27,035 nucleotides of DNA. Source: an uncultured Acidobacteriota bacterium. Lineage in GTDB: Bacteria > Acidobacteriota > UBA6911 > RPQK01 > JAPXNP01. Below, piece after piece: positions 7,483-16,397 of this stretch; positions within the stretch are counted from its first letter, which is position 1; every line of letters begins with the position of its first letter. Below the pieces are notes generated by a model that did not search any database, was not told where the DNA came from, and worked only from the letters and a program-made list of their open reading frames with translations. The stretch covers positions 1-27,035 of the forward strand of contig CAYRCA010000003.1 of assembly GCA_964422565.1 (NCBI GenBank), given 5' to 3'. The position numbers were made by a program, and so were the translations under genes.

Positions 7483-9405
7483 TTATCGCAGGAGGCTAAG
7501 TTGGTTTAACTGGACTCCAAGAGTCGCTTGCAGGAATTGGAGTTGCTGGAGCGCCTGGTTGGCGCGTGAAAACTGGGCCGTCAAATACCTTTCCCGGGTG
7601 GCCAGGCGGTCCTCTGTGTCCCGGATTCGCTCTTGGATCGTCTTGATATCCGAGCGGTACCCCTCGACGGCGTTGTGGATGGAGCCCTCGAGGGAGTCGG
7701 TGATCGATGAGACCAGGCTATGCAGTTGAGCCGCGTAACCGAGGGTGAATGTCACCGTTCCGAAATTTCCCGTCGCGTCCCCGGTGAAGCGGACCTTGAG
7801 TCCCTGGGTCGCGCCCGCCGACCCTTCCAGAGTGGCACCGTTCCCGGTTGCCTCGTAGACCTCGAGGGTTGACGGATTGGTGAAGGTCCCGGCCACCGAG
7901 ACCCCGCTCTCGGAGAGGCCGCCGGTACCAATCCCGGTTCCGGCGCCGTCAACGTCGGAGACCACCGAGAAGGACGCCTGGTGTCCCACGCTGTTCGATG
8001 TGACCACCAGGCTGGAACCCGATTTCGAGGCCGTAAGGGACACTCCGTCGGTTTGAAATTGGGAATTGACCGCCTCGACGATCGTGTCCAGATCCATTGC
8101 GGCGGTCAGGTTGACCGTCGAGACCTTTGCTCCCATGGTGAAGGTCAGGACCTCGTCGACGCCCAGGGTGGCCCCGATGGCATCGGGCGAGGTGAGGGCG
8201 GCCGGCGCCGGGACGGCGGTGATGTCGATCCGATAGGTTCCGGGCTGAGTGGCCTTAGCGCTCGACAGGTAGCCGACTTGTGTATGGGACGTCTCCGCCA
8301 GAGCGACGAAGAGGCCTTTCAGTTCCTCAAAGTTGGCGGAAAGTTTTTCGTCGAGGACGGCCGAGTTGATCTGCAGGGTGCCGTCGTTCGTCATTTCGAT
8401 GCCGGCCGAACCCAGGGTCGTCAGTTCTCCCGGGAGGCCCGTCACGCGTCCGGTGACAACCTGCGCCAGCTGGAACTGGATCTCGCGTACCGTGAACTCG
8501 CTGGCCAGGACCCCCGAGCGTCCGGCCGCTTCAACGAATTGAAACTGCGAGTTGATGAACCCGTAGGCTTTATTGTAGCTGTCGACGAAGGCCTGAATGT
8601 TCGCCTTGACTTGGTCGGTGTCGTTGGCGACGGTTAGAGTCACCGTGGACGTGGAGGCGTCGCGCAGGCTCAGGGTGACCCCCTCGATGACGTTCTCCAC
8701 GGCGTTGCTGGAGCTGGTCACGGCCAGGCCATTGACGGTGAGGGCCGCGTCGAGCTCCCCGGCGCCCCCAATGTCGTGCGTGCGGGAGAACTGGAAGGGA
8801 GTCGCGCCGTCCGACAGGGTCAGGGTATTGTTTTCGATCGAGATCGCGCTGGCCGACCCGGAGTTCCGGCTGGTAATGGTCAGCCGGTATCCGGCGCCGT
8901 CGTGGATGATGCTGGCGTTGACCTCGGCGCCCGAGTCATTGATGGACCTTCGGAGCCCCTCCAGCGTATTGTTGGCGGCGTCGATCTCGATGGTTGTGCT
9001 GGTCGATCCAACCACCAGATCGAAGCTGCCGGTTCCGATCGCCTCTCCGCCGGTCGAGAAACCGGCGTCCGAAGCGAGGTTATCGAAGAGCGCCAGGCGA
9101 TCGACGCGAATCAGGTAGGTCCCCTCGGAGGCCGCTCCGGAAGCGGTCGCTTTCAGGAGTGTCTCATGGGAGGAGGTCGTGGACTTGGCGGCGAAGGCCT
9201 CCTCGTCGTTCAGTTTGTCCAGACTCGAGAGAAGCTCGCTGAGACGAGTGTTGAGCTGGTTGTAGGCGTCGATTCTGGCCTGGAACTGACTGATTCGTGT
9301 GTCCAGACGCCGGATCGGCGCCCGCTCCACGAACATCAGTTGGGCGACCAGCGACTGAACGTCTAATCCCCCCGTCAGGCCGAAGACTGAATTGAAGCCA
9401 CCCAA
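7483..9405 (-). CDS. fliD: Flagellar filament cap protein FliD (HAP2).
   Basis: N-terminal GLDVQSLVAQLMFVERAPIRRLDTRISQFQARIDAYNQL and a C-terminal FliD-type heptad region. TTG start with GGAGGT 6 nt upstream. 640 aa. Confidence 0.85.
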   Translation of the reverse strand: MGGFNSVFGLTGGLDVQSLVAQLMFVERAPIRRLDTRISQFQARIDAYNQLNTRLSELLSSLDKLNDEEAFAAKSTTSSHETLLKATASGAASEGTYLIRVDRLALFDNLASDAGFSTGGEAIGTGSFDLVVGSTSTTIEIDAANNTLEGLRRSINDSGAEVNASIIHDGAGYRLTITSRNSGSASAISIENNTLTLSDGATPFQFSRTHDIGGAGELDAALTVNGLAVTSSSNAVENVIEGVTLSLRDASTSTVTLTVANDTDQVKANIQAFVDSYNKAYGFINSQFQFVEAAGRSGVLASEFTVREIQFQLAQVVTGRVTGLPGELTTLGSAGIEMTNDGTLQINSAVLDEKLSANFEELKGLFVALAETSHTQVGYLSSAKATQPGTYRIDITAVPAPAALTSPDAIGATLGVDEVLTFTMGAKVSTVNLTAAMDLDTIVEAVNSQFQTDGVSLTASKSGSSLVVTSNSVGHQASFSVVSDVDGAGTGIGTGGLSESGVSVAGTFTNPSTLEVYEATGNGATLEGSAGATQGLKVRFTGDATGNFGTVTFTLGYAAQLHSLVSSITDSLEGSIHNAVEGYRSDIKTIQERIRDTEDRLATRERYLTAQFSRANQALQQLQFLQATLGVQLNQLSLLR

Positions 9406-9423
9406 GACCCTACCTCCTCGCGA

Positions 9424-9720
9424 TCAGGCCAGTTTGTCGACCACCGACCCTTTGAATCCATCGAGAAATGTCGACAACTTCTGCAATTCTTCCGGCGGAA
9501 TCTGATAGATGATCTCACCCGTCTCGCGATCCAGGATGTGAAGCACGGGCCGGCCCAGTTCCTCGCTGTGGACCAGTCTCACGGAACTCTTCCTGATCTC
9601 CTGCGCCTGGCCGGCCTGCGAGGCGACTCTTGAACCCATCGCCTGGGCGCACGCCTTGCCGCGGGGCAAGGCCGGGACGGTGACCCGCTCAGCGTTCAGA
9701 GCTATGATTTGCTCCGACAT
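9424..9720 (-). CDS. flaG: FlaG protein.
   Basis: 98 aa. The C-terminal LHILDRETGEIIYQIPPEELQKL is typical of FlaG. Lies between the flagellin and fliD genes. Confidence 0.75.
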   Translation of the reverse strand: MSEQIIALNAERVTVPALPRGKACAQAMGSRVASQAGQAQEIRKSSVRLVHSEELGRPVLHILDRETGEIIYQIPPEELQKLSTFLDGFKGSVVDKLA

Positions 9721-9793
9721 GGGGCCTCCCTTTCACGAAGAGGAGCCACCCCGCGGCGGGGTGGCTCCGGAATTGCCGCCTACGGCGCCGTGG

Positions 9794-10684
9794 CTATCGC
9801 AGAAGGGAGAGGACCCCTTGGGGCGCCGCGTTGGCCTGGGCCATGGACGCCAGACCGACTTGGGACAGGATCTGGAACTTGGTCAGGTTGGCGATTTCGA
9901 CGGCCATGTCGGCATCGCGGATCTGGGATTCGGCGGCGGTCAGGTTCTGGATCTGGGCCTGCATGATTCCGGCCGAGTTCTCCAGCCGGTTCACCGACGC
10001 GCCGAGACTGCCGCGCCTGGCGGCGACTTCGCCGATGGCGTAGTTCACCTCCCCCAGCATCGCGGTGACCGATACACCTTCACCGAATTCGACCTTCAGG
10101 TCCTTTCCTTCGCCCGTAACACCAACGGGAGGGTCGGCTTCTCCTTCGTCCGGAGGCTCAACCAAGAGGCCGGCGACGTTGAGTACTCCGACCTTGAAGG
10201 AAACGAACGCCGCGTCCTCCATTGAGGCGTTGGTGGTGTCGCCGATGAAGATTCTGGTTTCGTCGGCAGTGAAAATCGTCGCGCCGTTGAACGTGGTGGC
10301 CTCTCCGACGCGGTCGATTTCCTGGTAGATCGAGGTGAGTTCCTCCGCGATCTTCTCCAGCGACCCGGAGTTGGTGTCGGTGGCGGCCTGGGTGAGCAGG
10401 GTGGCGGCACGGTTGAGCAGGTTGGTCACCTGGCCGAGGGCGCTGTCGGCCGTCTGGATGTAGCCGACCCCGTCGTTGGCGTTGCGGACCGACTGCTGCA
10501 GCGACCGAATCTGGGCCTGCAAACCGTCGGCGATGGCCAGACCGGCGGCGTCGTCACCGCCCGAGTTGATGCGCTGGCCCGTGGAGAGCCGGAACAACGT
10601 CTTCTGCAGGTTCATCTGCGTGACGCTGGACTGCTGCTGCGCGATCAGACTCGACATGTTGTTGAGAACGCTGAATCCTCCCAT
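9794..10684 (-). CDS. fliC: Flagellin, a short form of about 296 aa (conserved D0/D1 domains, reduced variable region).
   Basis: Flagellin-type N-terminus (LSTGQRINSGGDDAAGLAIADGL) and C-terminus (IRDADMAVEIANLTKFQILSQVGLASMAQANAAPQGVLSLLR). Start taken at the internal ATG (M23 of the track ORF) preceded by AAGGAGGAAAGAACC. The track ORF begins at an upstream TTG, which I regard as an artefact. Confidence 0.9.
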   Translation of the reverse strand: MGGFSVLNNMSSLIAQQQSSVTQMNLQKTLFRLSTGQRINSGGDDAAGLAIADGLQAQIRSLQQSVRNANDGVGYIQTADSALGQVTNLLNRAATLLTQAATDTNSGSLEKIAEELTSIYQEIDRVGEATTFNGATIFTADETRIFIGDTTNASMEDAAFVSFKVGVLNVAGLLVEPPDEGEADPPVGVTGEGKDLKVEFGEGVSVTAMLGEVNYAIGEVAARRGSLGASVNRLENSAGIMQAQIQNLTAAESQIRDADMAVEIANLTKFQILSQVGLASMAQANAAPQGVLSLLR

Positions 10685-10785
10685 GGTTCTTTCCTCCTTG
10701 ATGGGTCTAACTGTTTTCAGGCATCCTTGCCTCTTGCGACGCCGGTTCAAAGGTACCGGCGGACCTTCGTAACTCTCGCTGTTTC

Positions 10786-10813
10786 TTATCGGCGGCGAGT
10801 GGCGGCGGCTTTA
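10786..10813 (-). promoter_or_regulatory. Sigma-28 (FliA)-type class-III promoter for the flagellin gene. Minus-strand sense reads TAAA-N16-GCCGATAA.
   Basis: Reverse complement reads CTAAAGCCGCCGCCACTCGCCGCCGATAAG. The -10 element is a perfect GCCGATAA, placed about 95 nt upstream of the flagellin ATG. Confidence 0.6.
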
Positions 10814-10931
10814 GTGCTATCGTTCGATTCGGCCGTTCGGGCGGCGGGCCCGTCGGGCGGGAGTCCTCGGACAGCGGTCAGCGGGAAGAAGTCGGGCGAG
10901 TCTCACAAGTTCGTTCCTCTGCCCGCTGACT

Positions 10932-12107
10932 CTACAGACCCATCACTTCGCCGCAGAGTCGACTGATCTGGGCCCATTCCCGGCGCGAGATCTTAAGAAA
11001 CTCGGCCACCACCTCGGGATCGTAGAGGACGCCCGCAAGCTGCTCGATCTCGTTGCGGGCATGGTCGTAGGTGAGGGCCTTCCGATAGGGGCGGTCGGAG
11101 GTCATGGCGTCGAGGGAGTCGACCACGGCGAAGATGCGGGCGCCGAAGGGAATCTCCTTTCCCTTGACGCCCTCGGGATATCCGGAGCCGTCCCACCGCT
11201 CGTGATGGCGAAGGACGAGTTCCGTCGACCCGTCGAGGAACTCGATGCCCCGCAGGATTTCATATCCCAGGGCGGGGTGCTTTTTCATCTCGCGCCACTC
11301 CTCCTCGGTCAGTTTTCCCGGCTTTAGGAGGATGGAGTCGGAGATGCCGATCTTGCCGATGTCGTGGAGCAGCGCGCCCCGGGCGATCTCCTCCACGCGC
11401 TCGGCGTCGATATCGAACTGGCGGGCCAGCCGGATCGCGTAACTCTGGACGCGAAGGGAGTGACAGCGCGTCTCGCTCTCCCTTGCGTCGAGAGCCCGGA
11501 CCAGGGCCCCCAGTGTCGTGTCGCGCTGGCTGTCGAGCGACTTCAACGCCGAGTCCAGCGCATAGGACTTGGACTCAACCAACTCCGCAAGCCGAGCTTT
11601 GAGCTGCTCGTCCCGAAGTCTCGTTCTCCGAGCCTGCAGAGCGTTCCTGGCGCTGGCGACAACCTTCTTCAGATCGAAGGGCTTGGTGATGTAGTCCGCC
11701 GCGCCCTGCTTCATGGCGTCCACGGCGGTCTCGAGGTCCGCCACCGCCGTGATCATGATGACGGGCAGGGCCGGGTGGTGCCGGTTGATGTGATCGAGCA
11801 GTTGTAGCCCGGTAAAGCGCGGCATCCGGATGTCGGAGATGATCAGGTCGAAACGGTTTCGGCGGATGGCCTCGAGAGCCGACTCGCCCGAATCCGCCGT
11901 TTCGCATTGGAATCCCTGTGAGGAAAGGAAGTGCGATAGGAGCTGGCGAATCGTGATTTCGTCGTCCACCACCAGGACGTTCCCGTCTCCGTTGGCCAAG
12001 TGGCCGCAGGGGTCGACCGCGCCGAGAATATCGGCCAGCGATGTCAACTCAGCGGTCGAAACCAAAGGAGTCTGGATCGGTTGGGTAGCTGATCTCATAG
12101 CTCTCAT
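10932..12107 (-). CDS. Response regulator with an HD-GYP c-di-GMP phosphodiesterase domain (REC plus HD-GYP, RpfG-like).
   Basis: REC domain (VLVVDDE...ISDIRMP...KPF) and HD-GYP motifs (HDIGKIGI...HHERWDGSGYP). Start placed at M21 (or M24 at 12098), both preceded by GAGGA. The longest ORF (to 12167) would overlap motB by about 120 nt. Confidence 0.8.
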   Translation of the reverse strand: MRAMRSATQPIQTPLVSTAELTSLADILGAVDPCGHLANGDGNVLVVDDEITIRQLLSHFLSSQGFQCETADSGESALEAIRRNRFDLIISDIRMPRFTGLQLLDHINRHHPALPVIMITAVADLETAVDAMKQGAADYITKPFDLKKVVASARNALQARRTRLRDEQLKARLAELVESKSYALDSALKSLDSQRDTTLGALVRALDARESETRCHSLRVQSYAIRLARQFDIDAERVEEIARGALLHDIGKIGISDSILLKPGKLTEEEWREMKKHPALGYEILRGIEFLDGSTELVLRHHERWDGSGYPEGVKGKEIPFGARIFAVVDSLDAMTSDRPYRKALTYDHARNEIEQLAGVLYDPEVVAEFLKISRREWAQISRLCGEVMGL

Positions 12108-12813
12108 CCTCGGAGTCCTCGACGAAGCGGAACTCCACGCGCCGGTTCTTCTCTCGATTCTCCTCACTGTCGTTCGGTTCGAGGGGGCGACTCTCGCCGA
12201 AGGCTGCCGCGGAGAGTTGATCCTCGGGGATGCCGCACTCGTTGATGAGGAAGTGGATTACGGCCAGTGCCCGGGCGGCGGAAAGCTCCCAGTTGGACTG
12301 GAATCGAAAGGTGCTGATGGGGACGTTGTCGGTGTGGCCGTCCACCCTCAGCGTCACCTCGGTCCGGCGCTTCAGTATCTCCGCCATTTCGCTCAGAAGC
12401 GGTTTCATTTCCGGTTTCAGTTCATCCTTGCCGGTATCGAAGAGCAATCGGCCGGGCACTCGCAGCAAGTATCCCTGACCGTCGTTCCGGCTGGGAAGGG
12501 CGCCCGGGAAGGCCTGCGGGATGATCGACCTCAGTTCCTCGAGGAGCGCTCCGTCCGCTCCCGTCGTGGTTTGCGCCACCATGTGGCTCTCCGTCGGGGT
12601 CGTGAACACGTCCTTGACCCGTTGGGCGCCGAAGGCCTCCCGCAGCGACACGGTCAGCGATCGGTACTTGACGGCGTCGACCTCCGAGAAGGAGAGAATC
12701 AGGACGAAGAACACCAGCAGGAGGGTCATCATGTCCGCGAATGAGACCATCCAGGCGGGGGCCGAGGGACTGTCCGATTCGTGTTCCTCTTTCGGTTCCA
12801 GGTCCGGTTTCAT
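12049..12813 (-). CDS. motB: Flagellar motor stator protein MotB (OmpA-like peptidoglycan-binding C-terminus).
   Basis: WMVSFADMMTLLLVFFVLILS plug/TM segment and an OmpA-type C-terminal domain (NRRVEF). Start overlaps the motA stop in an ATGA arrangement. Confidence 0.85.
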   Translation of the reverse strand: MKPDLEPKEEHESDSPSAPAWMVSFADMMTLLLVFFVLILSFSEVDAVKYRSLTVSLREAFGAQRVKDVFTTPTESHMVAQTTTGADGALLEELRSIIPQAFPGALPSRNDGQGYLLRVPGRLLFDTGKDELKPEMKPLLSEMAEILKRRTEVTLRVDGHTDNVPISTFRFQSNWELSAARALAVIHFLINECGIPEDQLSAAAFGESRPLEPNDSEENREKNRRVEFRFVEDSEDESYEISYPTDPDSFGFDR

Positions 12814-13595
12814 GCGGCCTTCACCTCACGGGGTTTGTTCGGCGCCCGTGTCGGAATATCCTTTTCCGCCAGGAACGCTTTCAGTACGGTGTCAATCATT
12901 CTTGGGTTGTCGCCCTTGGCGATATTGACCAGTCCCACCAGCATCAGTTCGCGGACGAGGCTCTCCTCGCGGCTGCGCACCTCCAGTTTCTTGGCCAGGG
13001 GCAGTGCTATCAGATTGGCGATCAGGGAGCCGTAAAGGGTGGTGAGAAGCGCCACCGCCATGGCGGGACCCAGCTTGGAGACGTCGTCCATGTTGGACAG
13101 CATGATGACCAGACCGATCAGGGTGCCGATCATGCCGAAGGCGGGGGCCGACTCACCTACGGACTTCAGGATGTCCTGTCCGTGGCGGTGTCGCTGCCGG
13201 ACGTAACGGATCTCGGTGACCAGCACACTTTCGACGGCCTCCGCTTCGGCCCCGTCCACCACGAGAATCAGTCCGCGGGCGAGAAAAGTGTCCTCGGTTT
13301 GGTAGTCCTCGAGGGACAATAGACCATCCTTTCGGGACTTTCGCGCCAGGCTCACCATCTCCTCGATCACTTCGTGGGGGTCCGGCAGAGAGTGGGAGAA
13401 GGCGTTGCGGACGACCTCCAGGGTCTTCATGATTCGATCGAGGGGAAAGCGGATCAGGGTGGTCGCGAAGGTTCCTCCGAGGACGATGAGGACCCCCTGA
13501 AAGTTTACAAATATAAGGGGTTCCTCGCCGATGAAGACCACTACGAGGACGATGATCACTCCGCTCAGTATGCCGATAATGGTCGCTATGTCCAT
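12810..13595 (-). CDS. motA: Flagellar motor stator protein MotA.
   Basis: MDIATIIGILSGVIIVLVVVF..., four TM helices, and a conserved C-terminal region (GMIGTLIGLVIMLSNMDD). Start at M37 of the track ORF with AAGGGG upstream. Confidence 0.85.
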   Translation of the reverse strand: MDIATIIGILSGVIIVLVVVFIGEEPLIFVNFQGVLIVLGGTFATTLIRFPLDRIMKTLEVVRNAFSHSLPDPHEVIEEMVSLARKSRKDGLLSLEDYQTEDTFLARGLILVVDGAEAEAVESVLVTEIRYVRQRHRHGQDILKSVGESAPAFGMIGTLIGLVIMLSNMDDVSKLGPAMAVALLTTLYGSLIANLIALPLAKKLEVRSREESLVRELMLVGLVNIAKGDNPRMIDTVLKAFLAEKDIPTRAPNKPREVKAA

Positions 13596-13911
13596 CGGAC
13601 CCCTTGACGATGCCGGCCTTGGCTGCGTCCCCACTGACTTACAATGGTCGTCGGATGCCCGATTCGGGTGACCGGCCGGTCTCGCCCGGCGCCGGAGGGC
13701 CACCCTCTTTCTTTAGCCATCCCTGGCTTGGCGGCACTCACCCGGATCAGATGGTCCGACACGACAATGTTTCTCCTATCCTTACTCGGCGCGGTCACGC
13801 CGAAACTTTAGACTCGCCCGGTGTGAAGGAGGAGTTTCCGCGCCGCTGCCAGAGTCCCCGGATGGTCCCGTGCCGCGCGCCGCGGTCACCAGGCCGGAGA
13901 GGGCGCGTCCC

Positions 13912-14754
13912 TCAATGGATTCCGTAGATCTGTTTTACCCGGGTCATCTGGTCGTCGACCCGGGAACAGATCCGGGAGAATTCGTTGAAATCAAGTGACA
14001 AACGTCGTCGGACGAGTTCGTCGACGGAGAAAGTCAACCCTTCCGCGCCCAGCCCGGTTGCCATCGTCTTGGCGACCAGGTTGGCGATGACAACGGTGTC
14101 CAGGACCGGGTGGGAGTTCTTCAGTGGGCTCTCGTGGTGACGCTTGATGGCGTCCCTGACCTCCTCCGGAAAGCCCCACTCGCGCGCGATGACTCCGCCA
14201 ACCTCGGCGTGGTCGCAGCCGAAAAGTTCCCGCTCGGCCTCGACAGAGGAGAGGTCTTTCTCCCGGCTGATCCGGAGAACCGCTCGAAAGTCGGCTTTGA
14301 AGAACCGGACCATGATGAGTTTTCCCACGTCGTGAACCAGCGCGGCCACCTTGGCCACCTGGGGTATTTCGACCGGTGAGATTCGCGCGATCTCGCCGGC
14401 CGCCAGAGAGGCGACGGTCGAATGAAACCAGAGGTCGTCCTCGGAGAGGTCGTACAGGGGCGCCGGAAGGCTAAGCTGGCGCAGATACTGTCCCAGGACC
14501 AGGTTGAACAGGTTGGTCGCGCCGAGTCTCACGATGGCGGTCCGTGGATTGTCGACAGTCTTGCCGCGGTGGAAGAAGACCGAGTTGGCGACCTTCAGGG
14601 TATTGGACACGAGAGCCTCGTCGTATTCGACGATGCCGGCGATGTCGGCGAGAGAAACATTTTCGTCGTTGAGTACGGCGAGCAGTTTCTGCGCCGTCAC
14701 CGGCATCGGTGCCAAGTGCCCGATTCTCCTGATCAGCCCTTCGGGTAACGCCAT
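13912..14754 (-). CDS. HDOD-domain protein (HD-related output domain, signalling).
   Basis: AQKLLAVLNDENVSLADIAGIVEYDEALVSNTLKVANSVFF...ALVHDVGKLIMV...HHE is typical of HDOD. Start at M100 of the track ORF; the upstream 99 aa are Pro/Gly/Arg-rich. Confidence 0.75.
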   Translation of the reverse strand: MALPEGLIRRIGHLAPMPVTAQKLLAVLNDENVSLADIAGIVEYDEALVSNTLKVANSVFFHRGKTVDNPRTAIVRLGATNLFNLVLGQYLRQLSLPAPLYDLSEDDLWFHSTVASLAAGEIARISPVEIPQVAKVAALVHDVGKLIMVRFFKADFRAVLRISREKDLSSVEAERELFGCDHAEVGGVIAREWGFPEEVRDAIKRHHESPLKNSHPVLDTVVIANLVAKTMATGLGAEGLTFSVDELVRRRLSLDFNEFSRICSRVDDQMTRVKQIYGIH

Positions 14755-15144
14755 TCCGTGCCTCAGTGTCGTCGGGTGTCGGGTCTCTGTCCGCCCGGGC
14801 CCGCCCGGCGGTGGTCCCGAATCGGAGCCTGTCGGTCCGCCTCTCTTAACCGCGCGCGGACCCACATAACGGGACCGTCGTTCGGCGCGAACGAAGCCAG
14901 GGGTTCGGGCATCGGTGATTGCCTCCGATTCAATGTATCGGCAGGGGTGGCCGAGTCCGTTAGCACCCGGTTGCCAAGGGGACGGCGAGATCGCGGCAAT
15001 GGATGGCTCGATGTCGTCCAGCCCAGGTGAAGACATCTTGGGCCGCCGCACTTTGCGATATTATGTAAGGAGGAATTGAAAACCTTTCGGATCCTCCCGT
15101 CGCCTGTTCCGCGGAGGCCGAGTTTCCGTGTGAGCGCTCTCATA

Positions 15145-15762
15145 ATGGCGAATCCCGGCTTGGCAGTGTCCCACGAGTTGAAGACGTTGCTCGACCAGGT
15201 TCCGATGGGCCTGCTTCTGGTCGATTCGGAAGGCCGAATCAGCGAGGTCAACCGGCCGGCCGAGGTCATGTTTGCCTATGCCCGTCGCGAGTTGATCGGT
15301 CAACCGGTGGAGCTGTTGATTCCGGACCGACTGCGGTATGCGCACACAACGCTTCGGGAGGAGTTTGTCGCCCGGCCTGAAGTCAGGCCCATGGGAGCTG
15401 GGCGCGATCTGTTCGCGATGAGGCGGGACGCCACGGAGTTTCCGGTGGAGATCGGCCTCGGCCCGGCGGAAGTGTCAGGGGCGCCGTTCATACTGTGCTG
15501 CGTAGCGGACATTTCGATTCGAAAGCGGCTTCTCGAGGAGAGGGAGACATTGCTGCGCGATCTTCAGCATGCATTGGATGAAGTCCGGCGCTTGAGCGGT
15601 CTGTTGCCCATCTGTGCCTCCTGCAGGAAGATTCGGGATGAGGTGGGGCGCTGGCGGGCGCTTGAGGAGTACGTCGTCGATCACTCGGAAGCGGAGTTTT
15701 CCCACGGACTCTGCCCCGATTGCGCCGTGCAACTCTATCCTCAGTACTTTAAGAAGGAATAG
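15145..15762 (+). CDS. PAS-domain sensor protein with a C-terminal conserved Cys4 (CxxC...CxxC) domain.
   Basis: PAS fold (LLDQVPMGLLLVDSEGRISEVNRPAEVMFAYARRELIGQPVELLIP...DATEFPVEIGL). C-terminal LPICASCRKIRDEVGRWRALEEYVVDHSEAEFSHGLCPDC. Start at M24 of the track ORF. Confidence 0.7.
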   Translation: MANPGLAVSHELKTLLDQVPMGLLLVDSEGRISEVNRPAEVMFAYARRELIGQPVELLIPDRLRYAHTTLREEFVARPEVRPMGAGRDLFAMRRDATEFPVEIGLGPAEVSGAPFILCCVADISIRKRLLEERETLLRDLQHALDEVRRLSGLLPICASCRKIRDEVGRWRALEEYVVDHSEAEFSHGLCPDCAVQLYPQYFKKE

Positions 15763-16397
15763 GAATCCGGTCGAGAACGGACGGGTCCGCCGGGGTTCGC
15801 CCAGGCGTCTCGATACCTTGTCGCGGCCGGTCGGTTCGTTTTTGGATGGCGGCCGTCGGTTGCGGCGTGCCGTCCAGGCGGTCTCGACGGTTGGTTGCGT
15901 CCCCTCCCTGTTCGGTTAACGCTTCGGCGTATCCGCCCGGCGTCGCGGCTGTCGTCCCCTCCGAGTGAGTGCCGGGCAACCCTTCCTCGGCGCGATCGAC
16001 CGCGATGATTTCCAGCATCCCGCAGCGACGCCGCGTCAGTCCCGATCCGTTCGCTCGCCGGTTCAAACGTCTCGTGTTCCCGGCGAGGTATTTTGACGGC
16101 GGGCCGCTCGAGGTGATATCTCTGCCTCGGGAGGATGGCCGGACGGCCGATCCCGGTCGCGAGCGCCTTGGTGGTGTGGGTATTTGCCGGGGACCAGGGC
16201 GATCCTGTTTTCCGAGTGGTGTGGTACTGTCGGATCGGGAAGCGGTGGTTTTCCGGGGGAGCGATCCGGCGCTTGCCGCCCGGCCCGATTTCGCCGCGGG
16301 TTCGGAATGGGCTCCGGCGAGTGTTCTCCTTCCCTGTTCTCCCGGGGGAACCACCGGTTTGAACGGATCGGCGCGGTTGTGATAACGTGCTAACACG

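Noticed and set aside
9794-10750. Track ORF for flagellin starting at an upstream TTG, giving an MNRRRKRQGCLK... leader
   Set aside because: The conserved flagellin N-terminus begins at M23 (ATG at about 10684) with AAGGAGGAAAGAACC immediately upstream. The extension would bury the sigma-28 promoter-proximal UTR. When hand-translating around 10676-10682 I obtained a 1-nt frame inconsistency with the track protein. I attribute this to my own base counting and trusted the computed track.
13596-13911. Searched for a sigma-28 or sigma-54 promoter upstream of motA in the 316-nt HDOD-motA spacer
   Set aside because: No TAAA-N15-GCCGATAA or TGGCAC-N5-TTGC match in the minus-strand sense. Only a TTGGCGGCAC-like fragment on the wrong strand. 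This is taken as not supported, and the operon may be driven from upstream of the HDOD gene.
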